Below are positions 1 through 12,000 of a stretch of 31,501 bases of DNA, in pieces; position 1 is the stretch's first letter; every line of letters starts with the position of its first letter. The position numbers were made by a program, and so were the translations under genes. Below the pieces are notes generated by a model. That model saw only the letters and a list, made by a program, of their open reading frames with translations. It ran no database searches and was not told the DNA's origin. Source of the DNA: an uncultured Faecalibacterium sp. Its GTDB lineage: Bacteria > Bacillota > Clostridia > Oscillospirales > Acutalibacteraceae. Where the stretch lies: NCBI GenBank assembly GCA_964575375.1, contig CAZNQI010000001.1, forward strand, positions 1 through 31,501. The letters are read 5' to 3'.

Positions 1-60
1 TTGCTCGCTATCATGATGATAGTATCGAGTGTATCGGTATGTTTCGGTGTTTTAGGCGCT
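1..60 (+). other. Sec signal peptide h- and c-region (n-region outside window)
   Basis: LLAIMMIVSSVSVCFGVLGA followed by polar DNT: an uncharged hydrophobic run ending in small residues, as expected before an SPase I site. The exact cleavage site is uncertain. Confidence 0.75.
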
Positions 61-3000
61 GATAATACTATCGACAACCTCATGAGCAGAATTGAGTTCC
101 ACCACGCAACGTTGGCGGACTACATTCTTGCAGCTAAGGCAGAAAAAGCTACAGCGGAGGACAAAAAGAAGGTTCCTCGACAAAACGGTACCGATTATTG
201 GTATGTTGAGCTTGACTCCTCAACATCCTCGTGGCACTGGGTAACTGCTGCTTATGTAGAAGCAGCTAAGGTTAAGCTTGCCGCAGGCAAAACTACCGTT
301 TACTCTATTTATAAGGCAATTTATGATGATTTCGTAACTGCTTTATCTACTAGGGAAACTGCGCTTACAATTGACCAGTATAACGAAATTCTTGAGTACT
401 ATGCTTTTGGTCAAACTGCCGATGGCTCATGCGAGGGCGTAGAGCTTTATATCGGTGCGGGCTTTGACGTGCTTCAATGGGCTCCTGACTACGAAGATAT
501 TCCTGAATCCGCTGATGATCTTCAGCTTTATAATGCTACGGTTAACTTTGCTGTTACAAACGGTAGCGTTACAGAGATTACCTTTGAAAACACTCAGCAG
601 GACTCTGCAGTTATTGCTGCAAGTATGGCATCTGTTAAAGAGCAGGTAGCTGCCTTTGTTACAAAGGCTAACACTTGGTTCACTACAAACTATGAAGAAC
701 TCGGTGCTACACAGGGCATGGATGTTCTTAACGAAACTGTTATCGGTATTTCAACAGATATCGACCAGTTCTCGGATGCTATTGAAATGACAGGTGTTGG
801 TACTCCGGAAGATATATGGAACTATTATGTTACTCCGAATATTACTAACCCGGACAATCAAAAGACTTGGGCAGAAGTTAAACAGTGGTATAAGACTAAC
901 ATCGTTGGTTATATCGCTGCAGCTTATGCTACCCAATATCAGGATGCTATCGAGGCACTCTTTGCAAGAGCTGCAACCGAAACAACAGGTAATGCTCTTG
1001 AAATTACATACAAAGAGATTGTCGCACAGCTCGATGCACTTGAAGACCAGGATGCTTTTGACGGCGAAAATATCGTGAATATTCAAACCAAGATCATCGC
1101 AGCTTTCCCTGCAAAAGATGGTCTTTCAGGTGATACATATTATTCTAACCTTCTCACACGTGTAACAGACCTTGCACACCTTGTTGCAAATACACACGCT
1201 AATGAGCAGTATGATGATTTTGTTCGTCTTTTCAAGCTTGTGGTTGATACAGATCTTACCGATCCTTCAATTCTCACACCTTCTCAGTCAACAGCATTGG
1301 GTCACGTATGGGAGCCTTGCGCTGGTGCGACTTGCGCAGAGACTTGTGCAAGTGATACATGCACACGCGAAGATGAACACTGCATCCATACAGATTACAA
1401 TGCAGCTTTTGAATTCCTTAACGGTGATGCTGACAACGGTGTTAAGGGTGCATCATCAGTAATTGCTGTATTTAATGAAAGCGTATTCCCGTACATTGAA
1501 AATGCCGGTGGTGAAACATACTTCGGCTACCTTATCAATGTTGGTGCAAACAGCACTCTCGCTCAAGCAGATAAGATTACCTTTACAGAAGCTAACTGGA
1601 ACAAGTTCTTATCAGCATACGGTGTTGTAAACCTTAACGTTAACGGTTCTACATATATCGAATACAAGGCACGAATGGATGCCTATATTGATGCTGCCAT
1701 CCTTACCGGTAGTATGCCATACAGCACAATCGTAGGTATGGTTAACGATATTCTCAATATGGGTTATAAAGAGTGCCGTACTCTCGTTGAAGATACAGCT
1801 ACTGCTGACCTTGCAAAGGAAATCTTTGGCGAGGAAGGTGTAGATCCATACACAGAATTTATCAACGACCTTAAGCGTCGTGCTGTAAATCGTATCTATG
1901 ACCTTGTTGATCAGGTTTACTTCTACTATAAGGAAGCAGGCAATAAGGTTACATATTACAACTTTGAATCAATCATTGGTGCTTATGATGCAGTTGCAAG
2001 CGAAGCTATTCCTTCTGAGCTTCTTAGATTCCTCAACACATATCCTAAGTACGATCCTGATGCAGAACAGTTTGCAGAGCAGGTTGCTGAAAATCCTGAC
2101 TATGTTCGTCTGCACGACGATGTAGCAACCTACTACGATTCAGTTAACGAGGGTAACCCCTCCGTTATCGCTCAGGCTGAAGAATATCAGTCTATGCTCA
2201 AACAAATGAGAGAAGCTCAAGGCGGTATTGACGTAGACGTTGATATCCGTAACATACTTTTCGATAAGTGGGATGGTGCAAGCAATTACGCAGGCACATA
2301 TTACACATATATTTGGGACAAAGGTCTCGGTACTCTTGATTACAGTCTCGTTCAAGAAATTATAGATTCTGTTGGTCTTCTTTCAACAGCAAAAGCTGAA
2401 GCACTTGTTGAACAAGCTATCGACGACCTCAACGGCATCATCCTTTCCAAAGACCTTGCAGATCTTATCGGTGGTCTTATGAGCGGCAATAAGCATAAGA
2501 CTAAGACAGACAGTGACGGTAATGTTACATACGGCTATGTTTGCTATACATCAACATCTGCTGACTCAGGTAACATAGTATATTCATCAGACCCTAATAT
2601 TACAGGCACAACTGTAAACGGCACAACATACACCAGCGTAGAAGCTATGACCAATCCTCTTGGCTATTGGGAGTATAAATATACATTCGGCACCGATACA
2701 TATTATGTTGGTCAAGCATGTGAAAATATTAAAGAGTGGCTTATGGCTATGATAGTTAACTATCTTTTCAGCGGCCAGCTTCAAACAATGCTCTTTACAC
2801 TTCTCAACGAAATGGTAGGTCCTATGATCTACGATATGGCCGGTGAAGTTGACCTTATGGTTGAAAGCGGTTCAAGTGCTTACATCTTCCCGATGTTCCT
2901 TCGTTGTACTCTTGCAACCATGCCTCAGTGGTATGTTGAAAACTCAGACTATACTTATGGTCTTGGTCAGACCGGTGTTCAGTTCTATCGTTGGTTCAAC

Positions 3001-6000
3001 GGTTCACTTTCCTTGAGTGGTGTAGGCACATGGCCAAACTATTCAAAGATTCTTGAAATTTGTAGAACAGCTCCGATTTATGACAGTACCGGTGATGAAG
3101 AAGCCAGAACATATTGGACTGATACAGTTCTTAAAAACTATCCGGAAGGCACCTCAGACGTAAAGGGTATCGATCCTGCTCTTTGGGATGATATGGACGA
3201 CAGTGCGGTATGGCAAATCAAATCTTGGGAACAGTTCTATATGGCTATGGCATCTGCAACATCAGGTTATCAGGCACTTCTTGGTGGTCTTCTTACCTCC
3301 GACAGATCTGCTTATGCCCTTAAGGCTGCTGTTTTAAGTATCAACCTTGGTGGTGATATGTACTTCTATGCTTCAGAAGACTGTATCTACGACGCACTCC
3401 TTCTTCCTCTTTACGAGCTCCTTGGTATTACCAACTATCCTTCAAAGGATACTATCGTTGCAGACTGCGCAGCTAACAATGCTTTCGGCTCAACATATTA
3501 TATCAAGAACTATGGTTACGACCTTTGGAGAGACCTTATTTCTCCTCTTATAAATTGGCTTGAAGGTACTTTCTTCGTGGATCCGGTTGGTACAATTCTT
3601 GACCTTCTTCCAAATCTTGTAGCAGCACTTGAATACAATCAGATTGCTCCAAAACTCAAGAGAATCACACTTCACTATATGTATGATGTATCTGTTGTTG
3701 TTACATCTGTTACCGGTAGCGGTGATATGTATCTTTCAAACGATCTTATTATTCCGTTGCTTGACGGTATAGATCTTGAAAACGGCATCTCAGGTCTTCT
3801 TGAATCTCTATCGAAGACAACGCGAACGGCCTGGGGACCGACCTACGATGATGCAGCGGCGTGGAATTATTATACGAACTTCCTATTGGTGGATGAAACG
3901 GACGCCAACGGAAATGTGCTGTATTATGACTACGATGATACTGCAACTACTTACGCCGCAAAATATACCAACGGTACAACGACAAACGACAGTCTTACTA
4001 AGGTAACCAAGAAGGTTGCATATTACGACGAAGAAAACAGCTGTTATTATCTTGCTACCGGTAAGCTTTCGCAAACCTTGTTCGGACTTAGCAAGGGTAT
4101 GCTTGATGCTTACAAGTGGACAAAGGATAAATCCGGCGATATGGTTGGTAAGCTTGCATTGACAATTCCTGCCAACCGCTTAATGGCTATGTCTACCTGC
4201 ACAGGTAAGACAGTTGCCGGTGTTAACGAAACACACTATATTTACCACCTGTATGCAGACCGTTCAGACGTACTTCTTGTTCTTATTCGTTGGATATTGA
4301 ACGACGGTGTTCTTAACCTTGTAGGTGCTATTCTCGGTACCGAAGGTATCATCGGTACTGTCCTTGGTGCCCTTCAAGGTCAGGCAGACACACTTGTAGG
4401 TATCCTTGTATCGCTTCTCAACGAATACCCGGTTGGTGGCTATACCTATATCAACTCGGCATCCAATAAGGGCACGGACGGCGAAATTCTTCTCGATTGG
4501 GCTCGCAAGGAGTCAGGTGATACATTGTCGTCTGATTCAGCACAGTTCGTTCTCGGTGAATACCTTACAGATTCACTTTCCGATATGAGCACTGCTGATG
4601 TAAACACAACAGATGAAGAAAGACTTGAAAAGGTTAACACTGCTATCAAGAATGTTGATGAGCTCATTATGGATCTCATTCCTACAATTCTTGACTTACT
4701 TGGTGATACTCTCGACGGTATTCTCGGCAAACCTCTTAATCTCTTAGGTCAAGAAGTAAGCCTTAGCTTCATTCAAGACATTCTTAACAATATCGATACA
4801 ACATCGGCTACTCCTCTTGCTGACGCAGTTGCTGATATCGTATCTTCAAACGAGCTTATGCAGCTTGTTGCAGAGATTCTCTTCAATCCTACTACAACTA
4901 CAGATGAAGAAGGCAATACAATAGAAAGCCCAAGTCTCTTTGCAGGTATTCTTGCAAGCGATACAATGGTTAAGCTTCTTCCGACACTTGCTAAATTTGG
5001 CATCGATATAAGACCGGGTGCATTCTATGAAAATACAGCGACCGGTGCGAACTTTGAAAATGCAGGTATTGCAAATTGGCTTGCTGCTCAATATGGCGAA
5101 GCACTTGAAAATGCTGACGCAACAACAAAGGCTGAGCTTCAAAGAAGCTACATGAACCTTACATGGGCTCAGGTTTCTGCACCTGATAAGGGATACGACT
5201 GGTATCCGAGCCTTTCTGACAAAGCAACAAACGAAGAAAAGGTTGACGCATTCTTCTCACTTCTTACAGACCTTCTCTCACCTCTTAACTCAATATTCAG
5301 CTTTATCCTTACAGGTGAAGACCTTCGCTTCTTCGACGAGCTTTACCTTGAAGGTAACAACGGTTACCAGAGATCTCTTACAATGATTCTCGAATCATTC
5401 GGTGTTGGTAATGTTGAAATTCCGGGTACAAGCTATACTGTTTCGATGTCTGATGCTAATTACAAGACATACGTTCTTAATATGACAGGCACTCTCCCGT
5501 CAAAGGAAACATACGAAAGTAATACAGGCAACAGAAACTATCCGATTTACAATTCACCGCTTACACCGTTGCTTGTTGGTATCCGTGCCCTTCTTATCGG
5601 TGATGACAGTACAAAGTTGACAGGTCTTCTTGAAAGTCCTATCACAGTACTTCTTGAATTACTTCCAAACCTTGCTTACTTTATGTATACCTATGATACA
5701 GAGGAATTGGATGCGAACGGAGCTCCGGTTAGAACATCTAACTTTGCACAGGCAGTTAAGAATCTCATCGGTCCTGTTCTTGAAATTCTCAGTATCGTAG
5801 ATCCTATCGTTTCTAAGATACTCGAACTTGACGTTGCAGCTCTTATTGACGAATACCTTGATCTTGAAACACTTCTTAATACTCTTCTTTCAAAGACATT
5901 CAAGGAAGAAGGCATTAACGGTGAATTCACTATTTCTTCATTCGTTGACTTCGGTTCAATCGCTGTTCACGGCGGTACTGCAACAACTTACACCTCAAAT

Positions 6001-9000
6001 GTTGACACAAGCGTTGCTTACGGCAGTTTTTCAACATTCCACTACTTCGACGGCCACGCAGGTAAGACATTTATAACACTCGTTCGTTCAATTCTTAACG
6101 AAGACGTTATGCAGCTGATTGCTTCCGCATGGGAAAGCTGGTATGTAAGCGACGGTGCAGGTAACTACGACGCTGACCAGGTTGCACGTGTTGAAGAAAT
6201 CGTTCTCGCTCTTGTTAACCGTTGTAAAGAAGACAATATGACAAACGGTAAGTATGACGGTACTGCAGTTGATATCATTGTAGGTATCCTTGTTGACCTT
6301 CTTACCGACTATGTTCCGGGTACAGGCGTAGATATGTTCTACGAAACTCTTGGTGATGCTCTTCTCAATAATACTGAAGCTGCTATCCAGAAGTACGGTA
6401 TCGAGCATAAGGGTTACGATTGGGATTCAATTACTCAAGATGAAAACGGCAACGTTCTCTTTACTCAACAAGAGGTTGAAGATACTCTCGACAGTCTTGA
6501 TGCAATTATCGGTAAGGCTGTTCCTGATATCCTTGACATTCTTTCATCAACAGGTACACTCGACCTTTCAAAGCTCGGTATTGAGCTTGACTCAAGTGCA
6601 GTTGGACTTTACGACATAGTTGCAGGTCTTGTGGGCGATCTCGTTTACAGCGATTCGCTTATGACCACAATTTACAATGCACTTCTCGGTATTTTAGGTG
6701 GCGGCACAGTCAGCGACTTACTTCCGATTATTGCTGAAGCAGGTATTGACCTTAGCGCTGATAAGCTTTATGTTGCTGCAGACGCAAACAGCGGTCTTCG
6801 CCAGTTTATGAGCTACGGCCTCACAGTTAGCGATGACGGTAAAGTTAACGGCGAAGCTCTTACATGGGCTATGATTAAGGATGCCCACAATAAGGTTTCA
6901 ACATACAAATATGACGATAACGGTAACGTAGTTCTTAACGCAGACGGTACCCCGGCGTTAGCATACGCTCAAATCGCAAAGCTTGATGACGATGGTAACG
7001 AGGTTAAGGCTGAAGACGGCACAACCGTTATGGTTGACGACACTGCAAATCCGATTACAACTTCTGTACAGCTTTACGACCAGAAGAAGAATGCAGACGG
7101 TGAGTATCTCTATACTTACAAGAATGCAGCAGGTGAAACTGTTGAATACACTTCAACTATCTCTGCTCTTAAGTCATTCGCTGTTAAGACAGGTACCGAA
7201 GAAATCGAAAACGAAGACGGTGGAACAGAAACTAAGGACGTTTACACCAAGTACGACCTTACAGTAGTTTACGACGAAACTTCAACACCGAAGTGGTCCT
7301 TCGGCTTCCTTGAGGGTAACGCAAACTTCTATAAGAACATCGATATCTTCGTTGCAGCTCTTTGGGATCTTATCAATCCTCTTGAAACAATCCTCACAGC
7401 TCTCTTCTTCGGTGAGGAAACAGGTACAGCAGTTAAGCTCTTTGACACTCTTAATATTGAAGGTATGGACGGCTACGAAAATACTATCCTTCCGCTTCTT
7501 CGTGGTTTTGGTCTCGATGCTATCCTCACATACCTTAACACCAATACAGCTGACGGTGATACTGATACATATCTTGCTACTCTCAATGCAAAGAGAACAG
7601 CTAAGTATGGCTCTGATGTATCACAGATTCCTGCAAACCTCATTAAGGGTAACGCAGGTGCTAAGCGCTCATTCGGCGGCTGGGTACTCAAAGATACAAC
7701 AACAGAAGCTACATGGACTTACGCAGCAGAAAATGCAGGAACAATTACATGGGATGGAACATACGATATGGAAATGTTCATCAATGTTATTCTTCACTAT
7801 GTATTCTTCTTCGTAGAAATCCTTGCTGAATACCCAATTGCTACTCTTACACAAATGCTTCCGACACTCGCATACTTTATCGTAGGCGATGGTCTTAACG
7901 AGGTTGTGTCTAACCTTCTCTCATTCGTAACTGTTCTTACAGACAGACTTGCTCCTGTTCTTGCTATTGATGTTAACGACGTTGGTGCAGGTATTATCGA
8001 CAGACTCGGTACAAACACATGGGATTCATTCACAGAAATCTTCGGTTTCTATGTAGATGATGACGGACAGAAGAAGTACGATGTTGTTACATACGATGAA
8101 AACGGCAATAAGACTGTTACAACAGAACTTGCTTCAACAAAGAACATTTCGTTCACAGAGGCTCTTGTTTCATTCGTTGCAAACATCAAGATTGATATGG
8201 CAGGTATCTATAAGTATGACCAGCCGTATATGAGAACAATTACAACATTTATCGATGCTGATGTTGAAAACGCAGCTTGGGATATTATCAACGCCAACAC
8301 AATCAACGGTGTAACTGATGCTGATAAGCTTGAAGAAGCAAGACAGCTTCGTACAGTTGCAGTAACAGGATGGCTTCGTTCTCTTGCAGCACTTGCTGAT
8401 CCTATCGGTGCTTCCGGCTACACAACAGTTGCTGACGGTAACGGTAATACAAAGACAATTAAACCAAGCGGTTCTGTAGACCTTACAACTCAATCAGTTA
8501 CTATCGATGCAAACGGCAAAGCTACAATCACAGATACAACTACAGCAGTTGAAAAGTCAAATCTTGTTAAGATTGACGCATACAACGGTCAGGTTACAGT
8601 ATCTAAGGCTGACGTGCTTATGTTCATCCTTGACTTCGTATTTGCTAACACAACTCTTAAGGAAGTTCTCGGTAGCGTTCTCGGCTACGATATTACAGAC
8701 GAAAACGGTACAGATGCAGCAATGCTCGACGAAATTCTCACAGGTGTGTTCAAGAATCCTGATGAAGTTGTTGACCTTATCGTTACACTCTTCACAGAAT
8801 ACTCGGTTGCAGCAGCAAGTGAAGTTCAGCTCATAGCTATCGAAGAATATCACTACGATTTCTATGATGATAACGGCTACAGCTACAGCGATGTAACAGC
8901 AGAGGATTGGAGCGGTTCAATCATCGCTCGTACAAAGACATCGTATGCTATTGACAATCTCGACAAGCTTGTTGGTACAGTTCTTAACCTGTTCAAGGCT

Positions 9001-12000
9001 GACCTTACTAAGGAAGGCGCTCTCCTCAACGGTATTGTTGATGCTGATGACGACCTTACACTCGGCAACATGGTTAATACTCTTCTTGAAGATATGCTCT
9101 TCACAGACGAGATGATCAACAACCTTCTCGGTATGCTCGTTGGCTTACTTGCTTCGGATAGCGTAGATAACATTCTCGGTATCGTTACAGATATTCTTGA
9201 CAATGTTAAGGATAGCAACGGTAACGCTCTTAACATCGCTCCCGCAGCATTCAAGAACAATGCTACACTTACATCACTTATCGGCAGCGCAACATCTTGG
9301 AAAGAAGTTGGCGAAGCTAATACACAATATGAATACAAGTATGCAACTCTCACAAAAGATGAGCAGGGCAATCTTGTAACAGCAACTGATGCTAATGGCG
9401 ACATTATCTATGCATCGTACTATGCTAAGTCTAACGAACTCGAAGGCACAACTGTAACAGTTGATGCTGACAGCGACGGCGATAAGGACGATACAGTAAA
9501 ACTTATTCCGGTATACAATAAGATTCAAGAAACAAGAACAACAACAGTTGACGGTGTTGAAACTGTTGAATATGTATACTACTACAATACACTTGTAGAC
9601 GACGAAACCGTTGAAAACCTCGTGTACCTTGAAAAGACCGGCGAAACAACAATTACCATCGAAGCAACTGACGATGAAGAAGCTTACGAGCAACCCATCC
9701 AAGCTAAGATGATTGACGATACAACAAGCCAAAAGACAGCAATTAAGTTTGATGCTGATTGGAATATTGTTGTTGAAGCTACTGTTACTGACGATATGAC
9801 AGCTGCTGAAAAGGAAGCTGCGATCGAAACAGCAAGAGTTCAGTCCAGAAATAACTTCGTAAAAGTTATTTGGGATATCCTTTCACCTCTTTCAATGGTA
9901 CTTGAGCTCTTCCTCACAGGTGGTAATATCACTATCTATGACGAAATCACACTTCGTGGCTTCGACGGCTACGCAGGCGTAATTCTTCCGATTATCGAAG
10001 CTCTTGGCGTTACTGCTCTTAAGGATACAGACGGCAACGCATATCTTACAGCTGATAAATATTACGCAAACCAGACTTCTTACGAAGCAGCTGTTTACGG
10101 CGACGGAACAACACAAGGCAACAAGCAGGTAATGCTTCAATCGATCGTTGACGCACTGCTTGCACTTGTTGATTCACTTTGCGAGCGTCCTGTTTCAACT
10201 CTTGCAACAGTACTTCCGTATCTTGCTCGCTTCCTTGAAAGCAACGGTATTGACGTTGTTCTCCAAAATCTCCTTTCACCTGTTACAGCTATAACAAATC
10301 TTATCAAGAATATCTATGACCTTGATCTTATGGGTATGGTTAAGGGTATTCTCTACAACCTTGCAAACAGCGAAGAAAGCAGTGAAGTTGAACAAGAAGC
10401 AGCAGAATATCTTGATCAACAAATCGACGCAGCTCAAGAAGCTAACGAAGCAGCAGGTATTGCAGTTGTTGATGCTTCGGCAGAAGATGATAAGACCGAA
10501 AATTCAATTGAAAACAACACAGGTATCGACTTTGGCAAGCTCACATTTATGGATATCCTTTGGGATCTTATCCTCGGTGTATCCTTTGAGATTGGCGAAG
10601 AAGGCGCAAAGACAAAGATAGAGCTTTCAGATATTATCAGCGAACAGCTCTTTGTAACTATTGCTTCTTGTGCATGGTATGACACCGAAGGCGACAACGA
10701 TGTTTATATCAAGTCTCCTGTATTCGTTGCAGCTAACCTTAACGATAGCTATGTTGAAAACAAAAATATCGAAAACGAAACATTTTATGTAGACCGTGAA
10801 ACAGTTCTTCTTGCAGTTCTCGAGTCAATCGTATTCCAGCCGGGTGTTCGTGAACTTCTTGCAGCATTCATCAAGGGTCTCGACTTCTCTGATGAATACC
10901 TCCAGACAATCGATATGAAGAACGACGAGGGCGACCTTGATACAAACGAACTTCTCAGCGCTCTTATCTACGGCGTATTTGAAGATCCTCAGGCAATTGA
11001 AGCTCTCATTATCAACCTGCTTTCGTGGTACGATATCGTTTACTCCGATGAAAGAGTAAATAACAACACTGAAAACACAGAGCTTCCTGAAGTTGATTGG
11101 GATGCAACAGGTCTCAGCAAAGCTGAACTTGAAGCTCTTCCGACACAGCTTGACGGACTTGTAACAGCAATTCTTCCTCTTATAGGTGAGCTTCTTCCTG
11201 TTCTCGGTGTAAACCTTGACCTCAACTTACAAGGCGATACAGTTGAAGAGGTTGTTCAAAATCTTCTTACATCACTCTTTGTTGATACAGAGGACAAGAA
11301 CGGTCTTGCAACAACAATCTTCACACTTCTTGTAAATCTCTTTGGTAAGGGCAAGCTTGACAGCATCCTTTCAATGGTTTACGAGCTCACAGGTGGCGCA
11401 GATGGCGGTATCAATCTCCAACTCAGCTACTTCAAGGCTCAAAACGCAACAGTTGCAACAGTATTTGCAGGTTGCGATACATGGGAAGACGCTTACAATA
11501 AGTTCTACACAGTAGACGCATTTGACCCGAGCGTACACTTCATTTATGATGTTGACAATGAAGCTACACCTGATGTTGATGAAAGTAAAAACAAGATTTA
11601 CACATACAACAATGGCACAAACCTTCTTGCAACACATGAAATTGAAATTGAAAATGCAGACGGTGAAACAATTACTAAGAAAGTTCCTGTAATCGCTCTT
11701 GCAACAAAGACCGATAAGGACGGCGTCGTTTCTAACATTCCTGCAGCAGTTGATGCTGAGGTTAAGATTGACTCTTACGGTAATGAATACTACATCACTG
11801 CAGCAGCAGACGATGCAACAGAAGTTCTTAAGGACGAAAACGGCAATACAATCTATATTGCTGAAACAGATAAGGACGGCAACGTTGTATATGCTGAACA
11901 GTACTCACTCAAGCTCGGCGAAACAAACAGCTTTGGTATCACAAATTACAACGGCGTGCTTGCTCTTCTTGAAGATATCGTAGTTCCGTTCGTACCTGTT

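Noticed and set aside
31..42. VSVC as a lipoprotein lipobox
   Set aside because: Val at -1 does not fit [LVI][ASTVI][GAS]C, and the hydrophobic segment continues to a plausible SPase I site.
1318..1389. c-type cytochrome heme-binding site
   Set aside because: No CxxCH. The spacings are Cx4Cx3Cx4Cx6C.
3808..3921. Diversity-generating retroelement variable region
   Set aside because: No reverse transcriptase and no near-identical template repeat seen in this window. A remote template cannot be excluded but is unsupported.
3749..4006. Overlapping ORFs (3749..3946 minus, 3776..4006 plus) or an antisense promoter (TATAAT at 3874-3869) as the cause of the odd-codon patch
   Set aside because: ORFs of similar length occur in the same frames elsewhere in the gene, the peptides are unrecognisable, and the matching -35 (TTCATC) is poor.
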